DNA of 44,004 nt, taken from positions 1 to 44,004 of the IMG/VR virus record IMGVR_UViG_3300010223_000005; one strand, written 5' to 3'. Position 1 is the stretch's first letter. Each line of letters opens with the position of its first letter. A program made the translations under genes and the position numbers. Shown here in pieces: positions 1-7,663 of this stretch. This DNA is from a virus. Taxonomy: Duplodnaviria; Caudoviricetes. The notes beneath the pieces are model-generated. The model was not told the DNA's origin, made no database searches, and saw nothing but the letters and a program-made list of their open reading frames with translations.

Positions 1-22
1 GGGAGTATAAAGAGACTTCAGA

Positions 23-169
23 ATGAGAATCTATACAATTAAAATCGGTGCGGAGGTCTTTAAGGTTGAAGCATACGATCTTAACGAGCTATCAAATAAA
101 CTTGCAAGCATTTGCAAAGACGGATCATTTACTATTATTGCTATACAATTTCCTTTTATCCGGCTATAA
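23..169 (+). CDS. Small hypothetical early protein (48 aa, MRIYTIKIGAEVFKVEA...)
   Basis: Manually translated ATG23-TAA169; below the ORF-track cutoff; co-oriented with neighbours. Confidence 0.55.
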   Translation: MRIYTIKIGAEVFKVEAYDLNELSNKLASICKDGSFTIIAIQFPFIRL

Positions 170-200
170 ATTTTTTAACTAATTTATTTGGAGGTGTAGG

Positions 201-686
201 ATGAAAACATTAACTAACAAAGAATTTGATTTTTTGTCTGAATCCGCAAAAGCGGAAATAGATGGATTAATCAAGCATCGTGAAACAGCGATAACCGGTC
301 TCAAAAAGCGCATCGAATCATTGCCATATCACAACATCAATTATCGACCAGATAACAACGATCTCGAATTGTCTGACGATAACTCATTTTTGATTTTCAA
401 AATTTGGGAAAAAACAGCCGGTGAAGAATGGGGAAACTGTGCCGGACGTGAAATCCAAATCAAGGTCGGAAGAAAATATGTAAGAGCAGAAATTGAATTT
501 TTCGGAACGAACAGTCAATCGTCTTACAGTACGGAATATATCGATCTCGAAGAAATTGATAAGCTGGTCTATATGCTTGAAGATGCCTTCGAACACGAGA
601 CCGAAGTGGATAGAGACAAAATGATTATTTCCGCTTGCAAAAAAATCATAAAATTAGCAGTGCCTGAACTGGATTACTGCTATTAA
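201..686 (+). CDS. Hypothetical early protein (161 aa)
   Basis: ORF track; GGAGGT RBS and TTTTTTAACTAA leader. Confidence 0.8.
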   Translation: MKTLTNKEFDFLSESAKAEIDGLIKHRETAITGLKKRIESLPYHNINYRPDNNDLELSDDNSFLIFKIWEKTAGEEWGNCAGREIQIKVGRKYVRAEIEFFGTNSQSSYSTEYIDLEEIDKLVYMLEDAFEHETEVDRDKMIISACKKIIKLAVPELDYCY

Positions 687-693
687 TCAACTC

Positions 694-734
694 GGAGCTT
701 GTCCGGGTTCGATTCCCGGACTCGTTCAAATATT
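694..734 (+). ncRNA. tRNA T-arm-like hairpin leader element, copy 1
   Basis: GTCCGGG-TTCGATT-CCCGGAC stem-loop; 41-nt repeat with 1921-1961; all differences are pairing-compatible. Confidence 0.65.
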
Positions 735-760
735 CACTAACTAAAATAAGAGGTAAAGCA

Positions 761-940
761 ATGAAAACTTATTATTATTACTTACCGTTGAAAATGTACG
801 GGCAAAATCATCCAATTAATCCTTATGAGATTAAAGCAGAAAATGAAAAAGAAGTAAGAAAACTCATAAGAGAAAAACACAACCTTAAATCTGTTAAAGG
901 TTGTGAAATTTGGCAATCTATTTTAGAATCTTATAAATAA
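761..940 (+). CDS. Small hypothetical early protein (59 aa, MKTYYYYLPLKMYG...ILESYK)
   Basis: Manual translation; AAGAGGT RBS; 3' half duplicated at 2246-2335. Confidence 0.75.
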   Translation: MKTYYYYLPLKMYGQNHPINPYEIKAENEKEVRKLIREKHNLKSVKGCEIWQSILESYK

Positions 941-979
941 CCATTACTGATTTTTTAACTAAACTAAACGAGGTGTGAA

Positions 980-1177
980 ATGAAACAAAACTTAAAAAGC
1001 AAAAAATTCAAAGCATTTAATCCGGCGCTAAAAGAAGAAAGAACATTTGACCAGTCTAAAATAGGCTGGGTATCTGTTAATAATTATTTTCATTTTCGTT
1101 TTGATATTCCTAAATATGTTAAAGACAAATTTGTCGAAATGACAAAAGGCAAGTTTGCAGGTTATATTAATGTATGA
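980..1177 (+). CDS. Hypothetical early protein (65 aa)
   Basis: ORF track; GAGGTG RBS and shared leader motif. Confidence 0.75.
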   Translation: MKQNLKSKKFKAFNPALKEERTFDQSKIGWVSVNNYFHFRFDIPKYVKDKFVEMTKGKFAGYINV

Positions 1178-1344
1178 AATTATCAAATGTAAATATCAGT
1201 GATTGCATTAGCGTTGAAGAGGCGTCTAAACTAAAAGGCGTCTCTAAAGCAGCTATCTATAAAGCAATAAAAGAGAATAGACTTAATTACTGTGAAGTCG
1301 GTAAAATTAAGCTGGTTATAAAAGATAGTCTATTCTATAAGTGA
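1174..1344 (+). CDS. Small excisionase-like (HTH_17-type) DNA-binding protein (56 aa)
   Basis: Manual translation MKLSNVNISDCISVEEASKLKGVSKAAIYKAIKENRL...; ATGA overlap with upstream stop; xis-like HTH pattern. Confidence 0.7.
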   Translation: MKLSNVNISDCISVEEASKLKGVSKAAIYKAIKENRLNYCEVGKIKLVIKDSLFYK

Positions 1345-1367
1345 TTTTTTAACTAAAAAGGTGCGAA

Positions 1368-1712
1368 ATGGAACTACAACACAACACAATAAATGAATTT
1401 TGGAAACCATCACATTTCCATAAAAATATAACCACCTATATAGCACAAAACATAAAAGATAAAAGATATTATCTATACGAGCATGAAACCGGCGCAGCGT
1501 TGCCCTCTGATGTTTATATTAAATCTACTTTAACGAGAAACAGAAATGAAAACGGATTTAAGACAAAAAAAGAATTAAAAAACTGGTATGAGAATATTTT
1601 TTTACAATTAGATACAAACGCAAATTTTAACGAATTATTATCAAAAGATAATATCGAAGGACACATTAAGAAGCATGGGCAATCTCCACTATACAAAAGG
1701 GGTATAAAATGA
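1368..1712 (+). CDS. Hypothetical early protein (114 aa)
   Basis: ORF track; AAGGTG RBS and shared leader. Confidence 0.75.
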   Translation: MELQHNTINEFWKPSHFHKNITTYIAQNIKDKRYYLYEHETGAALPSDVYIKSTLTRNRNENGFKTKKELKNWYENIFLQLDTNANFNELLSKDNIEGHIKKHGQSPLYKRGIK

Positions 1713-1891
1713 AACAAACATTAAAAGAAGCTAATTACAAACATTTGAAAACCCTCAAGGGAGGGGAACATCTTTTGCTTAATTTAGAAACAAAAGGTAA
1801 AGAGATCTGGTTCACAAACAAAAATCACTCAAGCTATGGGTTGATTTACAAAAATACTCATTTAGAATTTGCAAGATCATTTAATAACTAA
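1709..1891 (+). CDS. Hypothetical early protein (60 aa)
   Basis: ORF track; ATGA overlap with upstream gene. Confidence 0.7.
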   Translation: MKQTLKEANYKHLKTLKGGEHLLLNLETKGKEIWFTNKNHSSYGLIYKNTHLEFARSFNN

Positions 1892-1920
1892 TTTATTTAG
1901 AATTGATTTATAACGAGCTT

Positions 1921-1961
1921 GGAGCTTGTGTAGGTTCGATTCCTGCACTCGTTCAAATATT
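1921..1961 (+). ncRNA. tRNA T-arm-like hairpin leader element, copy 2
   Basis: GTGTAGG-TTCGATT-CCTGCAC; upstream AACGAG (1912-1917) can pair with downstream CTCGTT to give an acceptor-like stem. Confidence 0.65.
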
Positions 1962-1989
1962 TACTCACTAAAAAAAAAGAGGTAGAGCA

Positions 1990-2184
1990 ATGAAACGAGT
2001 AACCTATAAATTTTTATCAAATTACATTAAGGAGAATAATTTGCCTTATGAGCTTCAAGGTTATTATGAAAAATGGACTCTTCACGAATTAGACGAAAAA
2101 AGCAAAGTTAAAAGATCTGTTTATGAATGTGTAAACGAGAACCTAGGAACTATTTATAACTGGATCAAAAATAACTCTTATTGA
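1990..2184 (+). CDS. Hypothetical early protein (64 aa)
   Basis: ORF track; AGAGGT RBS nearly identical to that of 761-940. Confidence 0.75.
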   Translation: MKRVTYKFLSNYIKENNLPYELQGYYEKWTLHELDEKSKVKRSVYECVNENLGTIYNWIKNNSY

Positions 2185-2245
2185 TTTCTACCTTAGAAAC
2201 CGGAATATTTTAACTGGTTCTTAGCACTTGAAGCTGGATTTTTAG

Positions 2246-2335
2246 GAAGTAAGAAAACTTATAAGAGAAAGACATAATCTTAGATCTACAAAAGGTTGTG
2301 AAGTTTGGGAATCTATTTTAGAATCCTATAAATAA
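2246..2335 (+). pseudogene. 5'-truncated diverged copy of gene 761-940
   Basis: EVRKLIRERHNLRSTKGCEVWESILESYK* vs EVRKLIREKHNLKSVKGCEIWQSILESYK*; preceded in frame by TAG; no start codon. Confidence 0.8.
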
Positions 2336-2378
2336 CCATTTATAAATTTTTTATCACAAAACTAAAAGGAAGGGAAAA

Positions 2379-2534
2379 ATGTTTGCAATTAATTTATCTA
2401 AGTATTCCCCTGATATTCCGCACAATATAAAATGTAAGGTCGTAGATATAAGAGGCGACATGGTGAAGCTGGAATGCTTAAATACTAAAACTATTTTCTA
2501 CCAATGGAAACAAGATTTGTTTATGTTTAACTAA
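2379..2534 (+). CDS. Small hypothetical protein (51 aa, MFAINLSKYSPDIP...)
   Basis: Manual translation; purine-rich RBS and T-rich leader. Confidence 0.6.
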   Translation: MFAINLSKYSPDIPHNIKCKVVDIRGDMVKLECLNTKTIFYQWKQDLFMFN

Positions 2535-2656
2535 ACTAAAGATGTACTTGGTTTCTAATTTGCTTCAGAATGCGTTTCACGGCGTGTTTCACGGGACTTC
2601 TTGCCTTAGGTATAGGTAAGTAGTAGCCTTTTAGACAAAACGCCTTAGAAACCATA

Positions 2657-2690
2657 GTTCTTTGACATTTTGTTTGCAATAACTTATGGT
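2657..2690 (+). promoter_or_regulatory. Putative sigma70 promoter overlapping a boxA-like sequence
   Basis: TTGACA(2662)-17 nt-TATGGT(2685); GTTCTTTGACAT resembles boxA. Confidence 0.4.
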
Positions 2691-2765
2691 TATTGACGGG
2701 TAAAGAAAATCTTTACTCCGTGTTTGAAAATAATTATTTTTTAACATTCAAACAAGGAGTATATC

Positions 2766-3173
2766 ATGACTAATTTAAGTTTTGAAATCGAAATCAAAAA
2801 CGCCGGGAAAGCAGCCGGGACATTAGCTTGGGTGCTGGATTTTTTGAAAAGCGGTCAGCTTGAAATCAAAAAAACTAAGAATGGCTCGCCTGGAATGTTT
2901 TTCCGTGAAGACTTAGACTCGCAAGGCAACAAAAAAGAAAAACCAGGTTATTATTTCATCTGTAAGGCGGCGGATCAAGAGTTCTATTCAATGCCAATGA
3001 TGGAAGAGTGGGAAATTAACGGTATAGCTTATATTTCAGTGTACCCAGAACCGACCGGCAATCAAGATATTACTTTGCAAGATCATAAACTCACGCCTGC
3101 AGCAAAAGCAAAAATTGAAGAATTTATATATCATGCGGTTCATAAGTTCGCTGAATGGTTTGAGCAAAATTAA
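2766..3173 (+). CDS. Hypothetical early protein (135 aa)
   Basis: ORF track; AAGGAG RBS. Confidence 0.8.
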   Translation: MTNLSFEIEIKNAGKAAGTLAWVLDFLKSGQLEIKKTKNGSPGMFFREDLDSQGNKKEKPGYYFICKAADQEFYSMPMMEEWEINGIAYISVYPEPTGNQDITLQDHKLTPAAKAKIEEFIYHAVHKFAEWFEQN

Positions 3174-3203
3174 ATTAATTCGTGTCTGAAGTTCTGCGGA
3201 ACG

Positions 3204-3254
3204 AAAGAGCGAAATCAGAAACTACTAACAGTAGTGGACGGTTTCGCTTTTTTT
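3204..3254 (+). terminator. Putative intrinsic terminator / branched hairpin
   Basis: AAAGAGCGAAATC...GGTTTCGCTTTT stem with inner ACTACT/AGTAGT hairpin, followed by a T run. Confidence 0.55.
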
Positions 3255-3314
3255 ATTGCCCGTCGATAAATTCGTCTGTTATAGATTTTTTATCATAAAA
3301 AAAAGGAAAATGAA

Positions 3315-3548
3315 ATGAAAATGGAATTAATTTATACTTTTGACGAATCAGAGCAAGAAATAATCAAAACTGAAGTTCCGGTTACTTTCTTAGAACACAA
3401 GGAAAAACTATCAGAGTATTTAACAAGAAGATTGACAATAAAAGAGCTTGATGATCTTGTAAAAATTTCTTGTTGTGCTTTTGTCAATGATAAAAATGAG
3501 TTACCGGGCTGGTTTTTAGATTGTAACGGTAAACTGTGGTTTAACTAA
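3315..3548 (+). CDS. Hypothetical early protein (77 aa)
   Basis: ORF track; AAGGA RBS. Confidence 0.7.
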   Translation: MKMELIYTFDESEQEIIKTEVPVTFLEHKEKLSEYLTRRLTIKELDDLVKISCCAFVNDKNELPGWFLDCNGKLWFN

Positions 3549-3635
3549 GCTCGTAATTTAATCGAGAACGAACAGAAACATACTTTTAAGCAATCTTTAC
3601 GCTAAACTAATAATTACCTTAATATGGAGGTCAAA

Positions 3636-3758
3636 ATGTATAATATCATTATCAGAAAAAGATATTACTCAATAAAATTTTATAATTTGACGCTAAAAGA
3701 AATATTGCAGAAAATTAAAGAATACTACGAAAATGATATAGAAGTCGAGAAATATTAG
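3636..3758 (+). CDS. Small hypothetical protein (40 aa)
   Basis: Manual translation MYNIIIRKRYYS...; GGAGGT RBS. Confidence 0.55.
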   Translation: MYNIIIRKRYYSIKFYNLTLKEILQKIKEYYENDIEVEKY

Positions 3759-3775
3759 GCGAGTTTCCCCGCCTA
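3756..3775. terminator. Hairpin near the convergence of the + and - transcription units
   Basis: TAGGCG...CGCCTA inverted repeat with AT-rich flanks. Confidence 0.45.
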
Positions 3776-3905
3776 TTAAATTTATATACCCTACTTTTTA
3801 AGGCAAATTTCACCGGAGAAGTAGTCAGACAAAATGTCAAAGGACTAAGGGAAAGATAATGATTTTTTTCGTGAATTTCAATAAACAACACGGCTTTTCC
3901 CATTG

Positions 3906-4073
3906 TCAAAATCGCCGTAAAACCCCACGTTTTAACGTTGGGGATATATGGTACTCTCTCTGTAGATCACCGCTAATTCTTACTTGCAACTTCTCCGGCT
4001 TGCGTACTACACTTGATTGTAGTACAGGCTTTTTGTGTCGTCCGTAATAGTGCGTAAATCCGCCATTTTTCAC
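3906..4073 (-). CDS. Small hypothetical protein (55 aa, GTG start)
   Basis: Manual translation VKNGGFTHYYGRHKKP...; AGGAGG RBS at 4081-4086. Confidence 0.45.
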   Translation of the reverse strand: MKNGGFTHYYGRHKKPVLQSSVVRKPEKLQVRISGDLQREYHISPTLKRGVLRRF

Positions 4074-4100
4074 GTTTTTACCTCCTATTTTTTATCTCAC

Positions 4101-4118
4101 GTTAAGTAGTAGTTATGT
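4101..4118 (+). other. Left array boundary: lone core site G/TTATGT (attI/attG-like)
   Basis: GTTATGTTGCCC(4112) is complementary to GGGCAACATAAC(4521-4532); no partner left arm found; second GTTAAGT at 4101. Confidence 0.5.
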
Positions 4119-4502
4119 TGCCCTCGCATATATTAGGGTCGGTTGCTCGCTTTCCTCATATCGGTAAAACCCCAAAAATTCGCCCTCCTGCTTTGCTAAA
4201 TATGGCATTATCCAATCAATAAATTTCTCAATTTCGTGGCTATAATTCTTTAGGTTTGCCCTTACACATAAGTAGTACGCATTACTTATTTCGTCAAATC
4301 TTAGCGTACTATTCGTATCGGCATCAAAGTAGTAGCTATCGCAAGTAAATAAACTTCTCCACCTATCACACCTAAAAAATTCGTGGTCTGGCAAAGCGGG
4401 CTCATTTTTGTGGTCTAACATATATTGTAATATATCTACAACATTCTCATTTAGTTTTGGTTTTAGCTCGCTATTAAAGTGTATCTCTGTGTACATTCCC
4501 AT
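4113..4502 (-). CDS. Cassette 1 hypothetical phage protein (129 aa, MGMYTE...)
   Basis: ORF track; AAGGAG RBS; stop TAA is the TTA of the core site. Confidence 0.8.
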   Translation of the reverse strand: MGMYTEIHFNSELKPKLNENVVDILQYMLDHKNEPALPDHEFFRCDRWRSLFTCDSYYFDADTNSTLRFDEISNAYYLCVRANLKNYSHEIEKFIDWIMPYLAKQEGEFLGFYRYEESEQPTLIYARAT

Positions 4503-4514
4503 AATTCTTCTCCT

Positions 4515-4604
4515 TTATACGGGCAACATAACTTGGCAATCAAGCCGACAAGCTATATCGCTTATGCTTTTTTGTTTTTCTGCTATGTTAAATTGTTCTT
4601 TCAA
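4515..4604 (-). CDS. attC-encoded leader peptide (29 aa, TTG start)
   Basis: LKEQFNIAEKQKSISDIACRLDCQVMLPV*; homologous to the N-terminus of 4679-5482; stop abuts the next RBS. Confidence 0.5.
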   Translation of the reverse strand: MKEQFNIAEKQKSISDIACRLDCQVMLPV

Positions 4605-4654
4605 ATTCTTTTCTCTTTAATACGCTTGCTGGCTTATCGCCCAATATGTTATGT
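4526..4654 (+). repeat. attC-like site 1
   Basis: ACATAAC-ttggcaat-C-aagccg-A-caagc ... gcttgctggctt-atcgcccaatat-GTTATGT. Confidence 0.85.
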
Positions 4655-4678
4655 TGACCCTATTACTTGCATCCGTTT

Positions 4679-5482
4679 TCATACAAATAATTCTATTTGG
4701 GCTAATCGTTTAATTGCTATATCACAATATTCTTGGCGTAGTTCTATTCCTACCGCTTTACGCCCAAGTTTCCTTGCGGTTACCAAAGTTGTCCCAGTTC
4801 CCATAAACGGGTCTAAAATCGTATCACCCTCAAATGTAAAATTATTTATAAGTAACGCTGGCAAATAATCCGGGAACGTTGCCTTGTGCAATTTCGCCCA
4901 TTCATTTTTGCTTGCATTATTGCCCTGTATAATGTTATTAAATTCACCTCTGTTAAAATTACATCTATCAAATTTTCTTTTATGCGGGTTATGCTTGCTA
5001 AATATATGTATGTCCTCAAATTTACTATTCATTACGCCGGGCTCAATTGCTGGCTCAACCTGTGTTTTATCCCAAATTATTCTATCCTTATACATTGTTC
5101 TATATTTATACATCAATTCAATAATTGGAAGCCTGGTTGAGCTTAACATTTGTATGTTAAAGAACACATAATACTTTGTGTTCTCTATCATCAAATGCAA
5201 GGCAACGTCCAGCAAGTTAAAATATTCGTCATCTTCCATTGCATCATGTTTTTTCTTTAAGTATTTACCAGCATTCATATTATTATTACCAACATTATAA
5301 GGCGGACTCGTAATGGTAATATCAGCGTTTGGGCGTAAAGCTTTCATAGCTGTTCGGCAATCTGCATTATAAATAGTTATTCCGTCTTGTTCGTAATAGG
5401 GCAACATAACTCGGCAATCAAAACGACTTGCTATATTGTTCTGGTTGTTTTCTATTTCTGTTATGTTTAATTGTTCATTCAT
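4679..5482 (-). CDS. Cassette 2 DNA methyltransferase, N4-C/N6-A beta class
   Basis: TSPPYN catalytic motif, H.A.FP, and DPFMGTGTT SAM-binding motif in beta order. Confidence 0.92.
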   Translation of the reverse strand: MNEQLNITEIENNQNNIASRFDCRVMLPYYEQDGITIYNADCRTAMKALRPNADITITSPPYNVGNNNMNAGKYLKKKHDAMEDDEYFNLLDVALHLMIENTKYYVFFNIQMLSSTRLPIIELMYKYRTMYKDRIIWDKTQVEPAIEPGVMNSKFEDIHIFSKHNPHKRKFDRCNFNRGEFNNIIQGNNASKNEWAKLHKATFPDYLPALLINNFTFEGDTILDPFMGTGTTLVTARKLGRKAVGIELRQEYCDIAIKRLAQIELFV

Positions 5483-5531
5483 TAAATTGTCCTATTGTTA
5501 CGCAAGCGTTTTATCGCCCAATCTGTTAGCG
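5404..5531 (+). repeat. attC-like site 2
   Basis: ACATAAC-tcggcaat-C-aaaacg-A-cttgc ... gcaag-cgtttt-atcgcccaatct-GTTAGCG. Confidence 0.9.
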
Positions 5532-5840
5532 TGAAAATTTGCTAATAACTTCATTTATTTGTCTCTTTGCCTCATTAATCGAAGTATGTATTTGGTAATA
5601 GGCATCTTTACCAACAGACTCATTATCAAAAATATCTATATCCATTCTGTCAATTATTCTTTTGACTTCTTCAAGTGCTTCCGCAAATTTCCCACTAACT
5701 AGCAAATCGTTCCGACCGCTTTTAGCGGTCTCGGTTCTCAACTTTTCTATAATTTCATCAACTTGGTCTGACCAAGTATATTGGTGTTCGTCATATAAAG
5801 ATTCACTTAATTGTTTTAATTCTTTTATTATTTCTTCCAT
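5526..5840 (-). CDS. Cassette 3 hypothetical protein (104 aa, MEEIIKELK...)
   Basis: ORF track 5526-5900; start moved to ATG5840 behind AGGAG; stop in the R' box. Confidence 0.75.
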   Translation of the reverse strand: MEEIIKELKQLSESLYDEHQYTWSDQVDEIIEKLRTETAKSGRNDLLVSGKFAEALEEVKRIIDRMDIDIFDNESVGKDAYYQIHTSINEAKRQINEVISKFSR

Positions 5841-5889
5841 TACATCTCCTTTTATTTTAAGCGGCGGCACATTTGCCACACCGTTATAC
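5693..5889 (+). repeat. attC-like site 3
   Basis: CACTAAC-tagcaaat-C-gttccg-A-ccgctt ... aagcgg-cggcac-atttgccacacc-GTTATAC. Confidence 0.88.
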
Positions 5890-5899
5890 GGAATTGGCA

Positions 5900-6220
5900 C
5901 TAAGCTGCTCGCCGTATTAACTTTGCTTTACTTTTATCAAATTTTGTTTCACCAACTATCGTTACGGTATAGTTGGTATGTTTATTCAAGTAGTCAATAG
6001 CTCCAAGTGTGCCGTTACCAACAGTTCCCATTTTTACAATAAAACTATAAGGTGTTTCTTCCTTTACTTCTCCAACTCTTAAAAGTTTTTTAAGTGCTGA
6101 TTCTGGTGTATAAGTTTTGTGTGGCATTTTTAGCTCCTTCCGTGCCAATCCGTATAACAAGCAAATCAATGCGACCTCATTCGAGGTCTTTTGATTTGAT
6201 ATGTTAAGTAGTTTTGGCAT
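5900..6220 (-). CDS. Cassette 4 hypothetical protein (106 aa; internal start at 6127 with its own RBS)
   Basis: ORF track; AAGGAG before MPHKTY. Confidence 0.7.
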   Translation of the reverse strand: MPKLLNISNQKTSNEVALICLLYGLARKELKMPHKTYTPESALKKLLRVGEVKEETPYSFIVKMGTVGNGTLGAIDYLNKHTNYTVTIVGETKFDKSKAKLIRRAA

Positions 6221-6277
6221 TTGTTTATTTATTTAATTTGTTATTTAATCGGCGCATTATTTGCAACTCCGTTACCA
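6152..6277 (+). repeat. attC-like site 4
   Basis: GTATAAC-aagcaaat-C-aatgcg-A-cc ... gg-cgcatt-atttgcaactcc-GTTACCA. Confidence 0.9.
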
Positions 6278-6685
6278 AGATGCGGTTGCTGGCAAATGTT
6301 TAATAAAATCAACCAAGTCGTTTAAGCATTCTATTGTATATCCCGTATGTTCTTCCGGCGCAAATTCCCATTCTTTCCATTTTTTATGGTATGTAATTAC
6401 TCCCAAATATTCATCTTTTTTATTTGTCCACACAGTCCATTCATCTTTTAATCCTTCAACAAAATGAATGTACTTATATTTAGTTTTCAATTTGCCCGCA
6501 ACCGCACCGTTTGAGGAACAACTCTTGGTAACTTGCCCATCAACGGGATTTGCTTTCTCCCGTTGCAATATTTCTTCAACTGCTTTCAAAAAATTAGGAT
6601 AACTGATATAAGAAGCTGAACAATCATTGGGCATTTCAATTTCTTCTGAATATTGCTGGAATATTCCTAAATTACTTTTTTGCAT
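6272..6685 (-). CDS. Cassette 5 hypothetical protein (137 aa)
   Basis: ORF track; AGGAG RBS inside the attC loop; stop in the R' box. Confidence 0.75.
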   Translation of the reverse strand: MQKSNLGIFQQYSEEIEMPNDCSASYISYPNFLKAVEEILQREKANPVDGQVTKSCSSNGAVAGKLKTKYKYIHFVEGLKDEWTVWTNKKDEYLGVITYHKKWKEWEFAPEEHTGYTIECLNDLVDFIKHLPATASW

Positions 6686-6740
6686 TTTCTTAATCTCCTA
6701 TGTTGTTTCCGCAAACCCGTTATGGGCTTCTTCGTTATAA
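6526..6740 (+). repeat. attC-like site 5
   Basis: TGGTAAC-ttgcccat-C-aacggg-A-tttgc ... gcaaa-cccgtt-atgggcttcttc-GTTATAA. Confidence 0.9.
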
Positions 6741-7331
6741 ATGTTTTTGCCTATCAGTTTTCATAAAAACAACCCAATGGGTTTTGCTTTGCTTCCCAGA
6801 CCTATTCCCAAATAATGGTTGTTCAGTTGTTAGTTTTAATATTTTTGATAATGGTATATGGTATTCATTCCACTTAAAAATCAAAATGCCATTTTCCTTC
6901 AATACTCTAAAACATTCCGCAAAACCCTTTTTAATCATCGGCTGCCATCCGTTTGTTAGCGTTCCATATTTCTTAGCAAGCCTTGTATTCTCTTTAAGGT
7001 TCAATAAGTGTGGCGGGTCAAAAACAATTAAATTAAATGTCTTGTCAGCAAAAGGTATCTTCTCAAAATTAGCTATCGTATCTGGTTCAATGGTTGTTTG
7101 TTTTCGCCCCTTTCTTTTATCGGTTTCCCAAGTTCCCTTCCGCTTATCCATATAAATAACGCTTGGGTTGTTTTTATTAAACCAAAACATCCTACTGCCA
7201 CAACAGACATCAAGTATAAGTTTGTCCTCAGCTACCGGCAAAAAATTTATAACTCGCAAATCAACAGCCGACAAACTTTCATTATCGGGCTGTTCAAGTT
7301 CTGTAAAAATATTTTGTTGTTCGTCTTTCAA
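6735..7331 (-). CDS. Cassette 6 phage SAM-dependent (putative DNA amino-) methyltransferase
   Basis: ILDVCCGSRMFWF SAM motif, FDPPH motif, ECFRVLK..G.LIFKW. Confidence 0.85.
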   Translation of the reverse strand: MKDEQQNIFTELEQPDNESLSAVDLRVINFLPVAEDKLILDVCCGSRMFWFNKNNPSVIYMDKRKGTWETDKRKGRKQTTIEPDTIANFEKIPFADKTFNLIVFDPPHLLNLKENTRLAKKYGTLTNGWQPMIKKGFAECFRVLKENGILIFKWNEYHIPLSKILKLTTEQPLFGNRSGKQSKTHWVVFMKTDRQKHL

Positions 7332-7378
7332 GTTCTAATCCTAATTACGTTTGCGGGTTATTTGCAACTCTGTTAAAC
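7247..7378 (+). repeat. attC-like site 6
   Basis: TTATAAC-tcgcaaat-C-aacagccg-A-caaac ... gtttg-cgggtt-atttgcaactct-GTTAAAC. Confidence 0.88.
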
Positions 7379-7663
7379 CGACAAACGATTTTTAAGTTGC
7401 GTTAATGCATATATTCTGCCTTGATGGTCAATTAGGTTTTCATTGTCACAATCTTCGTCAGCATCTAATTCTATGGCTTCTATCTGTTTTGATTTCGCTA
7501 TCATTTCATCAATAATTTTAATTACATCGTTTGCTGGTTTAACTACGTTTTCAACCGGACTACTTTCTTCCGTTGAATAAGTACGAAGATGACGGATGAT
7601 AATATCTTTGTCTTTCTCTAATGAATCCCAATAATGTTTTTTTGCCCAAGTAATTAAATTCAT
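7373..7663 (-). CDS. Cassette 7 hypothetical protein (96 aa)
   Basis: ORF track; AAGGAG RBS in the attC loop; stop in the R' box. Confidence 0.75.
   Translation of the reverse strand: MNLITWAKKHYWDSLEKDKDIIIRHLRTYSTEESSPVENVVKPANDVIKIIDEMIAKSKQIEAIELDADEDCDNENLIDHQGRIYALTQLKNRLSV

Noticed and set aside
670-735. Complete tRNA gene at the GGTTCGATTCC motifs (also 1900-1961)
   Set aside because: No D arm or anticodon arm can be built and there is no CCA; reported only as T-arm mimics.
2220-2250. Stop-codon reassignment (TAG read-through into the duplicated fragment)
   Set aside because: Long genes are intact in the standard code and several end in TAG; the upstream frame has no similarity to gene 761-940.
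3186-3260. Hammerhead ribozyme (CTGAA...GTTC-TGCG-GAAC-GAAA)
   Set aside because: The core lacks the conserved G8-A9 after CUGAN and no stem I partner is present; a terminator-like hairpin explains it.
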